Source: Candidatus Woesearchaeota archaeon
GTDB taxonomy: Archaea > Nanobdellota > Nanobdellia > Woesearchaeales > JAWBMQ01
Length of the DNA: 64,000 nucleotides
Direction of reading: 5' to 3'
Assembly (NCBI GenBank): GCA_038828875.1
Contig: JAWBMQ010000002.1
Location: 25,314 to 89,313 of the forward strand
In this document: piece after piece, positions 56,341 through 64,000 of the stretch
Layout of the letters: the number at the start of each line of letters is the position of its first letter
Position numbering within the stretch: the first letter of the stretch is position 1
Notes under the pieces: generated by a model
Seen by the model: only the letters and a program-made list of their open reading frames with translations
Database searches by the model: none
What the model was told of the DNA's origin: nothing
Position numbers and translations under genes: made by a program

Positions 56341-56902
56341 TTTCAGATTTTATTTTTTCATATTCCGCAAGCACTTCAATAAACGCATTTTTTACTTTTT
56401 TCATTATAATCTCATCAATCTTACTATTAACATCAAAGCTTTCAAATGCTTCTTTAATTTTTTCATTTAAAACGTGATCCAATCCAGAATAAGTTACAAA
56501 TTCAATAGGTTTCCAAAAGTCAATATATTTCTCTAATCTCATCACATCTTCTTTTTTAGCAGAGCCTTTTAATTCAGAAACCATTTTGTTCATAAGATCA
56601 GTTAATTGGTTCAAATTTTTTCTAAATTGTTCTAAATCACTTTTAAGTATATCAATTTGATCTTTATCTTTCTTAAACGTAGTAAGCATGTTTTGATTAA
56701 ATACTTCAATCTTCTTCTTTAAAAGTTGCAATTCATATTCTAACTCTTTCATTCTTTCGCTTAATCTTCTAACTTCTTCGGTTAATATTGGAATGATATC
56801 TACATTTTGTTGCTTTGGTTGAGTTGTTTGAGGTTTTTGCTGCTGGGGAGCTTGTTGCTGAGTTTGCTTTGTAACAGGTGGAGGAGGTGGAGGTGTTACC
56901 AT
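56318..56902 (-). CDS. Hypothetical protein with a Pro/Gln-rich N-terminus and a coiled-coil C-terminus
   Basis: Begins MVTPPPPPPVTKQTQQQAPQQQKPQTTQPKQQ, then heptad-like. Overlaps the downstream gene by 23 bp, suggesting an operon. Confidence 0.5.
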   Translation of the reverse strand: MVTPPPPPPVTKQTQQQAPQQQKPQTTQPKQQNVDIIPILTEEVRRLSERMKELEYELQLLKKKIEVFNQNMLTTFKKDKDQIDILKSDLEQFRKNLNQLTDLMNKMVSELKGSAKKEDVMRLEKYIDFWKPIEFVTYSGLDHVLNEKIKEAFESFDVNSKIDEIIMKKVKNAFIEVLAEYEKIKSENDSSKEQ

Positions 56903-56987
56903 TTCAAAATTCTAAGCTTTTACTATATTTAAATATTTCTAAAATTCATAACTTTTTTAAATTGAAATTATTGTGTTAGTTTGAAAG

Positions 56988-57581
56988 GTGATTCTTATGG
57001 CATTGGAAATAATAAATTTACTTATAGTACTTCAGATTTTTACTTTGGTAAATCCTTTAAGCTCAATTCCTATGCTTTTGATGGCATACAAAAATAATGC
57101 GGATGTTAAGAAAATTGCTTTAAAAGGAGTGATGTTGGCTTTGATTATTGCAATAGCAATGGTTCTTATAGGTCCTTTGTTGTTTAATTTGTTTGGTATA
57201 AGTATTGATGCATTCCGCATAGCAGGAGGGATTGTATTATTGCTTTTAGGTATTGATACTATAAGGGAGAAAGAGGAAGAAGAAGTTCAAAGATCAAAAC
57301 CTAATGATAGCATAGTTGCATTATTAGCAACTCCTATGCTTACTGGACCAGCAACAATTTCATTCTTAACTTTAAAAACCATGGAATTAGGTGCACAATA
57401 TATGATTTTTAACATAATTTTATCTTTTATTTTAGTACTTTTAGTTTTCTATCCATTAGCAACAATGATACCTAAAATAAATATGACAGTAATTAGTATC
57501 CTTTCAAGGATTTTAGGATTGTTTCTTACTGCAATGGCTATTGAAATGATTTTTGCAGGAGTAAAAGCAATAATTTTTTAA
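56988..57581 (+). CDS. MarC-family (UPF0056) integral membrane protein
   Basis: Six predicted TM helices. N-terminal FTLVNPLSSIPMLL matches the MarC family signature. Confidence 0.65.
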   Translation: MILMALEIINLLIVLQIFTLVNPLSSIPMLLMAYKNNADVKKIALKGVMLALIIAIAMVLIGPLLFNLFGISIDAFRIAGGIVLLLLGIDTIREKEEEEVQRSKPNDSIVALLATPMLTGPATISFLTLKTMELGAQYMIFNIILSFILVLLVFYPLATMIPKINMTVISILSRILGLFLTAMAIEMIFAGVKAIIF

Positions 57582-57607
57582 AATTGAAATTTACCTAGAA
57601 AATTAAT

Positions 57608-57805
57608 ATGATAAAGAAACTTTTATCTTTATTTTTAATTTTTAGTTTGTTTTTTATTTCTTGTGAAGAATCTTTGCCAAAAGAAACTAGGAAAGAGCTT
57701 TGTAATGCAGTAGATTATTCAGTAACAGAGGTTAGTGTAAACAATATAGATAATAAAATTTCAATAGTTCTAGATGTGAAAAATGAAGGAAAATCAAGTA
57801 ATTAG
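57608..57805 (+). CDS. Lipoprotein-like small protein (signal plus Cys); possibly the 5' part of a frameshifted gene continuing in 57783..58079
   Basis: MIKKLLSLFLIFSLFFISC. The ORF ends 22 bp after the start of the next ORF in another frame. Confidence 0.35.
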   Translation: MIKKLLSLFLIFSLFFISCEESLPKETRKELCNAVDYSVTEVSVNNIDNKISIVLDVKNEGKSSN

Positions 57806-58079
57806 TGGAATTGAGTACAGAATAAAATCTGAGAAAGCAGTAGGAATAGAATATACGGGTTTTTACACTGCAGAATTTCACAATAAATTAAGTCTTGAGC
57901 AGAAGAAAAGTTTGTTCATAAATTATCCAGAAGTGGATTTTAAAGAAGCAAAAGAATTAATTTTATATCCAAGAGTAGAAGTAAAAGAAGAAAAAACTAG
58001 AAGAGGAGTTTGTAGAGAAAAAGAGAAGAAAATTAATCTAGAAGATTATAAAGGAGGAATTAGAATAAGAATAGAATGA
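57783..58079 (+). CDS. Hypothetical protein (possibly the 3' part of the same gene as 57608..57805)
   Basis: 98-aa ORF. Confidence 0.35.
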   Translation: MKENQVISGIEYRIKSEKAVGIEYTGFYTAEFHNKLSLEQKKSLFINYPEVDFKEAKELILYPRVEVKEEKTRRGVCREKEKKINLEDYKGGIRIRIE

Positions 58080-58621
58080 AATTTAAAGAACATTTAGCAA
58101 TAAACGCAATAACTTTTTTTCCTTTACTTTTATTTGCTGAAAGTTTTTTAGATGTATTCATATACATAAACATATTGATATTCGCAATAATACCGGATCT
58201 AGATTATTATAAGAAATTTTCAATATTGAAAATTTTTCCATTCCTGCTTTCTTTGTTTTTCTTAAGAAAACCTAAACATAGAGATGTTTTTCATAGCATA
58301 TTTTCTTCCCTTCTAGTTTCTTTTCTTTTACCACTGCTTTACTTATTCTTTTTAAAATTTGATCAATATTTAACTATAGTTTTTTATTGCTTTTTATCTT
58401 ATTCATTACATCTTCTTTTAGATTCTTTTACTGTTTCAGGAGTTAAGCCTTTTCTTCCTTTTTCTGAAAAAAAATTTTCAGGAAGTTTAAGAAATACAAC
58501 CACAATTCTAATATTGATTATTCTTTTAATAGCTCAAATCGTGCTTTATCCCATTTTAAGAAAAGAAACAATAATTTTTGCTAATTTCTTGTTGATTTTT
58601 TGTTTAAGGTTTATTATTTAA
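58076..58621 (+). CDS. Polytopic membrane protein (possible membrane-bound metal-dependent hydrolase, DUF457-like)
   Basis: Multiple TM helices, with a conserved His cluster KHRDVFHS. Confidence 0.4.
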   Translation: MKFKEHLAINAITFFPLLLFAESFLDVFIYINILIFAIIPDLDYYKKFSILKIFPFLLSLFFLRKPKHRDVFHSIFSSLLVSFLLPLLYLFFLKFDQYLTIVFYCFLSYSLHLLLDSFTVSGVKPFLPFSEKKFSGSLRNTTTILILIILLIAQIVLYPILRKETIIFANFLLIFCLRFII

Positions 58622-58756
58622 GTTCTCTAAAATTTTTTCAACTTTAGGATTTTAATAGATTAATTTTAAAATCATAAATCTAGTCCAAAATTTAAAATAT
58701 TTTAGAAACTTTTTTATTTTTTTCAATTTATTCATAATCTACTAAATGGTGATAAA

Positions 58757-59716
58757 ATGAAAAATATAGAACATTTAATTGCAAAAAAGGAAAGGGAGTT
58801 GAAGATTGACGACTTTATGAATTTGCCTGATTTGAAGAAGAAGATACAAGCAAGTTGTGTAGAAAATTTCTTTAAGATGCAAAAATTGTTATATGAAATT
58901 TCAAGTATAGAAAAAGAAGTATATATTTCTAATTTTTCAAAAGATCGAAGACTTTGTAGAGATGTTTCTGAGTACATTGAAACTTTGAATAAGCTTTCGG
59001 CGTTGCAAACTAATACCTATTTAAAAATCATAAAAATGTTTGGAAAGATAAATTATTTATCAAAAGAAAAAGAAGAAGTTTTTGATGAAGAGATATTAAA
59101 TATTTACAAAAAATATCCTAATTTCAATTCATTTATCTATAATTATGAAAAGAAAGTGTTGAATAATCCAGATTATAGCGATTTAGACACAATGCTAAAG
59201 TTTTTAGAGAAAGAATTTGATTACAAAATTGCTTATGATCCTACTGTAGAGAATGAAGTGGTTTTAGAGGTTATTTTTGGAAAATATTATGACAATTTTA
59301 AAATATTAAATAATGTGATCTACAATATCAAAGAATGTTTGCACAATGAAGTAAAAAAGCTTCAAAAAGAATATTCAAAAAAGTATATTTTAGATGTGCC
59401 TTTTGAATTAGATGCTTTAACTTATGAAGAAGTTTTTAAAAAATATGATAAAGTAAAGCAAAGTTGGGATTATTCCTCTATTGAGAAACTTTATGAAAAA
59501 ATTTTAGAATTTGAAAGGCAGTTCGATGAAATTTTAAATGAAAATTTTAAGAGATATGAGTTGTTCTTTAAAGATCCAGAATACGATAAAAAGCATAATG
59601 AAAAGCAAACGAAATTCGGCATTTTAAGAGAAATTAAAGAAACCATAAGTTGGTATAGATTTGAAAAAGAATATCAGAAAAAAAGAAAGCAAGTTATTAA
59701 AAAAACAAAAGAATAA
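58757..59716 (+). CDS. Hypothetical K/E-rich helical protein
   Basis: 319-aa ORF preceded by GGTGATA. Confidence 0.5.
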   Translation: MKNIEHLIAKKERELKIDDFMNLPDLKKKIQASCVENFFKMQKLLYEISSIEKEVYISNFSKDRRLCRDVSEYIETLNKLSALQTNTYLKIIKMFGKINYLSKEKEEVFDEEILNIYKKYPNFNSFIYNYEKKVLNNPDYSDLDTMLKFLEKEFDYKIAYDPTVENEVVLEVIFGKYYDNFKILNNVIYNIKECLHNEVKKLQKEYSKKYILDVPFELDALTYEEVFKKYDKVKQSWDYSSIEKLYEKILEFERQFDEILNENFKRYELFFKDPEYDKKHNEKQTKFGILREIKETISWYRFEKEYQKKRKQVIKKTKE

Positions 59717-59806
59717 TTTTTTCATTTTTTCTTTGTTTTATTTAAAAATAATTTCTAAATTGGAATAGTTAAATTTATAATAAACAAAAGAATTTACATT
59801 CTAGAG

Positions 59807-60787
59807 GTGGTTTTAATGCCAAAGGAAGAAAAATCTAAAACACAAGAAAAGGAAATTACAATTTATGATCTTCCAGGAGTAGGACCAGCTACTGCTGAAA
59901 AGCTTGAAAGTGCGGGTTATAGTGATGTAATGTCTATTGCAGTTGCATCTCCCACAGAATTGGCTGAAATTACAGGTTTAACTGTAGCAGCAGCTAGAAA
60001 GATCATTCAATTTGCAAGAGAGCAATTTAATATGAGTTTTGTTAGAGGAGATGAAGTTCTTAAGCAAAGACAAACAGTGCTAAAGCTTTCTACAGGTTGT
60101 AAAGCAGTAGATGATTTACTTGGAGGAGGTTTTGAAACAGGAGCTATTACTGAAGCTTATGGTGAATTTGGTTCAGGAAAAACTCAATTAGGTTTAACTT
60201 TAGCAGTTAGAACAATAGCTTTAGAACCTGATGCAAAAGTTGTTTATATCGATACTGAAGCGACATTTAGACCTGAAAGAATAATTCAGATTGCACAAGG
60301 AATGAATTTAAAACCAGAAGATGTATTGAAAAGTATTTTTGTTGCAAGAGCATTCAATTCTGATCATCAAATGCTTTTAGCTGAAAAGGTAGAAGATTTA
60401 ATAAAGAAAGAAAATCAAAAGGTAAGAACTGTAATTGTAGATTCATTAACAGCACATTTCAGAGCAGAGTTTGTTGGAAGAGGAACTTTAGCTGAAAGAC
60501 AGCAAAAATTAAACAAACATATGCATCAATTGCTTAAACTTGCACAAGTTTATAATATATGTGTTTACGTTACTAATCAAGTTATGGCTAAACCAGATAC
60601 TTTTTTCGGAGATCCTACTGCAGCAATTGGAGGAAATATTGTAGCACATACTTCAACATATAGAATTTATTTAAGAAAAGGAAAAGCAGGTTCAAGAGTT
60701 GCAAGGATGATTGATTCTCCATCATTACCAGAAGCAGAAGCAGTATTTTACATTACTCCTACAGGAATTTCAGATAAACCTCAATAA
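59807..60787 (+). CDS. radA: DNA repair and recombination protein RadA
   Basis: N-terminal HhH domain ([18 protein letters not shown]), Walker [11 protein letters not shown], and RecA-fold Walker B. RBS GAGGTGG. The true start may be the Met at 59816. Confidence 0.9.
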   Translation: MVLMPKEEKSKTQEKEITIYDLPGVGPATAEKLESAGYSDVMSIAVASPTELAEITGLTVAAARKIIQFAREQFNMSFVRGDEVLKQRQTVLKLSTGCKAVDDLLGGGFETGAITEAYGEFGSGKTQLGLTLAVRTIALEPDAKVVYIDTEATFRPERIIQIAQGMNLKPEDVLKSIFVARAFNSDHQMLLAEKVEDLIKKENQKVRTVIVDSLTAHFRAEFVGRGTLAERQQKLNKHMHQLLKLAQVYNICVYVTNQVMAKPDTFFGDPTAAIGGNIVAHTSTYRIYLRKGKAGSRVARMIDSPSLPEAEAVFYITPTGISDKPQ

Positions 60788-60788
60788 G

Positions 60789-61271
60789 ATGAGATTATTC
60801 CTTGCAGTTAATGTCCCAGAAGAATATCATAAAATAATTGAGGAATTTCAAGATAGCATTAAAGGAATTCAAGGAACTAAGAATAAGCATTATCACTTTA
60901 CTCTTTATTTTTTTGGAGAAAAAACAGAAAAAGAGATGCAAGATATTATAGAAAAAGTATCAGCAATAAACTTTGAAAGGTTTAAGAATGAAGAAGTTAT
61001 TGTAAAAGATTTAGGTTTTTTTGACAACAGGGTTTTATTTCTTAAAGGTTATAATCTAGAAAATCTTTACAATGAAGTGATTTCAGTTTTAAAACTTCCA
61101 AAGGAAAATTTTCAGGCACATTTAACTTTATACAGAATAAAAAAACTTCTAACTTCAAAAGAAAATATTCTTAAACTAAAATCTCCAGAATTTAAGTTTA
61201 AGATGAATTTACATCTTATCGAATCAAGGTTAGATGTACATCAATATTTTATCAAAAAAACGTTCTTTTAG
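60789..61271 (+). CDS. thpR: 2H phosphoesterase (RNA 2',3'-cyclic phosphodiesterase / LigT-ThpR-like)
   Basis: Two H-x-T-x motifs (HFTLYF and HLTLYR). The start is set at MRLFLAVNVP, 1 bp after the radA stop. Confidence 0.65.
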   Translation: MRLFLAVNVPEEYHKIIEEFQDSIKGIQGTKNKHYHFTLYFFGEKTEKEMQDIIEKVSAINFERFKNEEVIVKDLGFFDNRVLFLKGYNLENLYNEVISVLKLPKENFQAHLTLYRIKKLLTSKENILKLKSPEFKFKMNLHLIESRLDVHQYFIKKTFF

Positions 61272-61279
61272 GTGAAAAT

Positions 61280-61864
61280 ATGAAAAAAACAAAACAAGAG
61301 TTAATAAAAATGCTATTAAAAGCTTATGTAGGAGAAAGTTTAGCAAGATTAAGGTATACATTTTACGCCAAAGTAGCAAGAAAAGAAAATCTTTTCAAGC
61401 TTGAAGAAATTTTTCTGATTACCTCAGAGAATGAATTAGAACATGCAGAATGGTTTTCAAGAATGATAAAATCTATAGATCCTAATTTTGAAATTGAAGA
61501 AATTACTTTAGAAGAACATCTTAGTTTAGGAAATTCTATTGCAAACCTTGAAACAGCAATTCAAGGAGAAAATTATGAAAATTCGAAATTTTATTTAGAG
61601 ATTGCAAAACTAGCTGAAGATCTAAACTATCTTGAAATTGCAAAGAGAGTTAGAGCTATAGCAATAGCAGAAAAACATCACGAAGAAAGATTTAGGAAGT
61701 TTTTAGATCAGTTAAAAAACAACACCTTACTGAAAAAAGAGAAGAATGTTTATTGGGTTTGTAGAAAATGTGGTTATATACATTATGGTAAAGAACCTCC
61801 ATCAGAATGTCCAAGTTGTGGACATTCAAAAGAATATTACGAATTGATGAACGAAGAATATTAA
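61280..61864 (+). CDS. rbr: Rubrerythrin
   Basis: Ferritin-like diiron motifs (E..H: ELEHAEW, AEKHHEE) plus a C-terminal rubredoxin-like CRKC...CPSC. Confidence 0.8.
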   Translation: MKKTKQELIKMLLKAYVGESLARLRYTFYAKVARKENLFKLEEIFLITSENELEHAEWFSRMIKSIDPNFEIEEITLEEHLSLGNSIANLETAIQGENYENSKFYLEIAKLAEDLNYLEIAKRVRAIAIAEKHHEERFRKFLDQLKNNTLLKKEKNVYWVCRKCGYIHYGKEPPSECPSCGHSKEYYELMNEEY

Positions 61865-61877
61865 AAAAAGAAAAAAT

Positions 61878-63041
61878 TTAATTTTTTACTTTTATTTCTA
61901 CTAAATTATCTACTTTCTTTACAATTCCGTCTGCAAAAACACACTTAGGACTTGGAATTCCATTAAACGTAGTTCCGTATTCTAATGTGTATGCTCCTGC
62001 TGCAAAGAAATATACTAGATCGTTCATAGTTATGCTTTTAGGTAATTCTATGTTGTAATACATAACATCCATACTATCGCAAGTAGGCCCTGCTAAATTA
62101 AACTTCTCTTTACTTTCATTGTCTTTTCCTTCTACTGAAATTCTGTACTTGATGTTTTGTATTGTTTCAGTTAAACCGTGAAATACTCCTGCATCAACGT
62201 AAACCCAATTTTCATTAAATTTAGTACTTCTTAAAATTACTTTAGTGATCATTATTCCTGCATTACCTACCATACTTCTTCCTGGTTCAGCAATAACTCT
62301 AACATCTTTTCCTAAATATTGTTCTACTGATTCATTAATTACTTTTGCAATTTCCTCAACCTTAGGAATTTCTTTTATGTATCTTACTGGTACTCCTCCA
62401 CCAGTATTAACCATATTTAATTTTATTCCCATTGCCTTAGCTGCATTGAAAATTTCAGCAGTTTGTTTTATTGCAATTCTCCAATTTTCAGGATTGTAAT
62501 TTTGACTTCCTACGTGAAAGCTTACTCCAATAGGTTCTAAGCCTAGATCTTTTGCATACTTAACTAATTTTATGCAATGTTCAACACTTGTTCCGAATTT
62601 TCTAGTTAATGGCCAATCTGCATCTTCTTCCATTCCGTTTGTGCTTAATCTTACATAAATTTTGCTTCCTTTTGCAACTTTTGCTATCTTTTCTAATTCC
62701 ATTTCTGCATCTACTGCAAACATTCTAACTCCTTTTTTATAAGCGTATTCTATATCTTCTAATTTCTTTATTGTATTTCCAAAACTCATTCTGTCTGGAG
62801 AAACTCCTAAAGAAAGTAGCTTATCAATTTCTCCTCTAGATGCTACATCAAAGTTGCTTCCTAAATCTCTTAGCAACTTCAATATGTTTTCATGGCTATT
62901 TGCTTTTACTGCATAATAAATTTCTACATTCTTAATGTTTTTCTTCAAAGTCATATAGTTTTCTTTTACTACTTCTAAATCCATTACTAACAAAGGCGTA
63001 CCAAACTTTTCAGCTAAATCTTTTAATGGAGTTGTGTCCAT
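61878..63041 (-). CDS. PLP-dependent fold-III decarboxylase (Orn/DAP/Arg decarboxylase family; LysA-like)
   Basis: YAVKAN PLP-Lys motif, GGG loop, and C-terminal beta-sandwich CDSMD substrate motif. Confidence 0.8.
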   Translation of the reverse strand: MDTTPLKDLAEKFGTPLLVMDLEVVKENYMTLKKNIKNVEIYYAVKANSHENILKLLRDLGSNFDVASRGEIDKLLSLGVSPDRMSFGNTIKKLEDIEYAYKKGVRMFAVDAEMELEKIAKVAKGSKIYVRLSTNGMEEDADWPLTRKFGTSVEHCIKLVKYAKDLGLEPIGVSFHVGSQNYNPENWRIAIKQTAEIFNAAKAMGIKLNMVNTGGGVPVRYIKEIPKVEEIAKVINESVEQYLGKDVRVIAEPGRSMVGNAGIMITKVILRSTKFNENWVYVDAGVFHGLTETIQNIKYRISVEGKDNESKEKFNLAGPTCDSMDVMYYNIELPKSITMNDLVYFFAAGAYTLEYGTTFNGIPSPKCVFADGIVKKVDNLVEIKVKN

Positions 63042-63280
63042 TTTCTTTTTCCCTCTTTTACAATCTTTTTTAAATTAGTTTAAGAATATAAAAAGCAATG
63101 CTCTGCATTTAAGAAGCAGATTGAACAATTTCAGTGAGAATCTATTTTTAAATTTTATGAATTTTAGATTTTAAAACTGAAAGGAAATGAAAAAATGCTC
63201 TATTTTATGCCAACATTTTTGAAAAATTTTCAAGATATGATTAAGATTAAATATATTTTTAAATCTAATTTTTTTATTTA

Positions 63281-64000
63281 ATGTTTTTAGAATTCCTTTT
63301 TGGTATTTTATTTGGAATAATTGCAGGATTGATTCCTTCAGTTCATATTAATTTTATTGCAGCAATTGTTCCTAGCAATTCGCCTTATTTTTTGATTCCA
63401 TTAGCTATAATTTTTTCTTACTTAAACACTATTCCAGCAATACTATTGCAATATGCAGATGATTATACAATAACTCTAAAAACTCAAGCAAGTGAATGGT
63501 TAAAACAAGGAAGAGCAATGGAAGCAATAGATTTGACAATTTTAGGTTCTTTTTATGCATCAATAATTTCAATAAATTTAGTTTTTCTCTTAGATTTTGT
63601 TCCATTAGATGCTATAAAATATTTTAGCGTTGCAGTTTTGGCAACGATAATAATTTATTTTCTAAAAATAGATTTTCTGATTTCTTTACTATACGGCTTT
63701 CTTGGATTTTTCTCATTCAACTTCAAACAAGGACTTTTTCATATATTTTCTTTAGGCATTGCAACTTACAATTTTTTTCATTTTTCAAAATCCAAAATTC
63801 CAGAACAAAAAATAATCTATGGAAAAATTAAGCTAAAAGAATTAATTGCATTGATTTTCGTATCATTGTTATCGATAATCTTCTTATTTTATCCAGGAAT
63901 TACAAGTAGCTTAGCAATTGTTCCTTTAATGTATTTATTTAGAAATCAAAAAAACGAAAGATTATACTTTCTTTTCATAGGTGCATTGAACAGTGCAAGT
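63281..64000 (+). CDS. Polytopic integral membrane protein (3'-truncated by the window end)
   Basis: Open frame from the ATG at 63281 to the window edge. At least seven hydrophobic helices. Confidence 0.5.
   Translation, partial: MFLEFLFGILFGIIAGLIPSVHINFIAAIVPSNSPYFLIPLAIIFSYLNTIPAILLQYADDYTITLKTQASEWLKQGRAMEAIDLTILGSFYASIISINLVFLLDFVPLDAIKYFSVAVLATIIIYFLKIDFLISLLYGFLGFFSFNFKQGLFHIFSLGIATYNFFHFSKSKIPEQKIIYGKIKLKELIALIFVSLLSIIFLFYPGITSSLAIVPLMYLFRNQKNERLYFLFIGALNSAS

Noticed and set aside
56860-56890. GGAGGAGGTGGAGGTG purine-rich run resembling a very strong SD.
   Set aside because: It is the antisense of the CCN codons encoding the PPPPPP N-terminus of the minus-strand gene 56318..56902.

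Overview
This is a very AT-rich, gene-dense segment of an archaeal chromosome. The archaeal assignment rests on an archaeal/eukaryotic-type ProRS ending in Tyr, RadA, an RPA-like ssDNA-binding protein, a Nog1-type GTPase, archaeal DtdA, NcsA with a GG-terminated SAMP/ThiS-like carrier, a candidate L41e peptide, an S-layer protein with a Methanococcales-like signal peptide, and GGTGA-type Shine-Dalgarno sequences. The composition and the many lineage-specific K/E/N/Y-rich helical hypotheticals suggest a small-genome, possibly DPANN-like or deep euryarchaeal, organism. I cannot name the taxon from sequence alone.

The window divides into five parts:
- (i) 14-12946: a surface-structure locus. It holds a large beta-rich secreted protein, two small pilin-like membrane proteins, a 2649-aa giant Cys-paired Ig-like repeat protein with a class-III-like signal, and a Gly-rich tail-fibre-like repeat protein carrying a near-perfect 348-bp tandem duplication.
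- (ii) 13014-26274: housekeeping and accessory genes. These are a split xylose-isomerase-like TIM barrel with a coiled-coil insertion, a PflX-type radical SAM, an AKR, proS, SAMP+ncsA and dtdA.
- (iii) 26358-37185: an ~11-kb co-directional, tightly packed array of 16 small acidic helical ORFs with no recognisable domains. A tRNA-Phe(GAA) lies antisense inside it.
- (iv) 37186-46086 (minus strand, plus three + strand genes): IscU-like scaffold, then sufS, a SufD-like fragment, sufB and sufC. Between the scaffold and sufS sit three tandem transglutaminase-like (Cys-His-Asp) paralogs and two tandem calcineurin-like phosphoesterase paralogs.
- (v) 46201-64000: L41e, Nog1, a methyltransferase, RPA-like, the S-layer gene, a gene disrupted by compensating frameshifts, MarC, radA, a 2H phosphoesterase, rubrerythrin and a fold-III PLP decarboxylase.

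The best candidates for undescribed biology are the 16-ORF block, the giant-adhesin/pilin-like locus, and the TGase-like/phosphoesterase paralog insert.
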